A stretch of 64,000 nt of DNA from Octopus sinensis (lineage: Eukaryota). Position 1 is the first letter of the stretch, and every line of letters begins with the position of its first letter. The notes below the pieces were generated by a model. That model was not told the DNA's origin, did not search any database, and was given only the letters and a program-made list of their open reading frames with translations. The stretch spans positions 35,092,001 to 35,156,000 of the forward strand of contig NC_043010.1 in assembly GCF_006345805.1 (NCBI RefSeq), in the 5' to 3' direction. The position numbers were made by a program, and so were the translations under genes. This document shows positions 63,358 to 64,000 of the stretch, piece by piece.

Positions 63358-63972
63358 GTCCGTTTGAAGGATTTATAAGTCAGGTTGCTATATGTAGTAA
63401 TGCTACCAGTAATAATGTTAGACTTGGTACTACCTGCAGGCATTTTGAAAAAAAAAACTATGGTTCTGTGTGAAACAAAAAATAATAATAATCCATGCGA
63501 AGGATTAAATAATTCTGTGAGCAACAAAGAATTTACAATGATACAAGAAGAATAAAAAAGCTATGGTTCTGTGTGGAATGACAAAATTAATAATAACTCT
63601 GTGTGAAGGATTTAATAATTCTGTGTGCAACCAAGAATTTATGATGATTCATTTAAAGCGAGTCATGCAAGATTTCAAACATAAGCAGACATCATCTGTT
63701 GAAATTGAAAATAACCAGTTGCTAAGAAGGTTAAAAGGAACAAAGAGGATGCAATCTATTTTGTGATCGAGAATACTAAACCAGTCCTTGGAAAGACTTG
63801 AGATGAAATGTCAACTTGTGAAGGAAAAGTCGTAGAAATGGGAAATAAATAAATACTTCTGTGTGTTTAGAAAAAACAAAAAATTTCAAAAGGGGGGCTG
63901 TTCTGTGGATGCCCCTAGGAGAGAAGAGGGCTGGTCTACTATGAATAAATAGTGGATTGTCACAGCCAGTAG
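63011..63972 (+). repeat. Two ~70-bp direct repeats (63011-63079 and 63904-63972), LTR-start-like
   Basis: TGT(A/G)GATGCCCC(C/T)AGGAGAGAAG...AATAAATAGTGGATTGTCACAG; the second copy is followed by only ~28 bp before the window end. Confidence 0.7.
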
Positions 63973-64000
63973 TGTCGTTCGGTGAAGGTATGCTGTTCGA

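Overview
Eukaryotic, AT-rich and extremely repeat-dense DNA. The SINE/LINE families and the microsatellite load suggest a cephalopod (octopus) genome; this is inference, and the species cannot be determined. No complete protein-coding gene is present. The window is a mosaic of mostly decayed mobile elements: Penelope-like retroelements (PLEs) carrying hammerhead-ribozyme (HHR) motifs, two mariner families, a hAT transposon, an internally deleted Helitron plus non-autonomous Helitrons, a deleted Gypsy LTR element with three tandem tRNA-Trp primer-binding sites, R4/Dong-, CR1/L2-, RTE- and Tx1/L1-type LINE remnants, three tRNA-derived SINE families and many simple repeats. A set of phase-compatible candidate exons suggests that the right half is intron of a minus-strand host gene. 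The most notable observations are the PLE-linked HHRs (one with an enlarged stem II, one placed behind a Pol III tRNA-like head), the triple PBS, and an unusually high density of fold-back inverted repeats. Coordinates of decayed repeats are approximate, and all family calls come from motif recognition by eye, without database searches.
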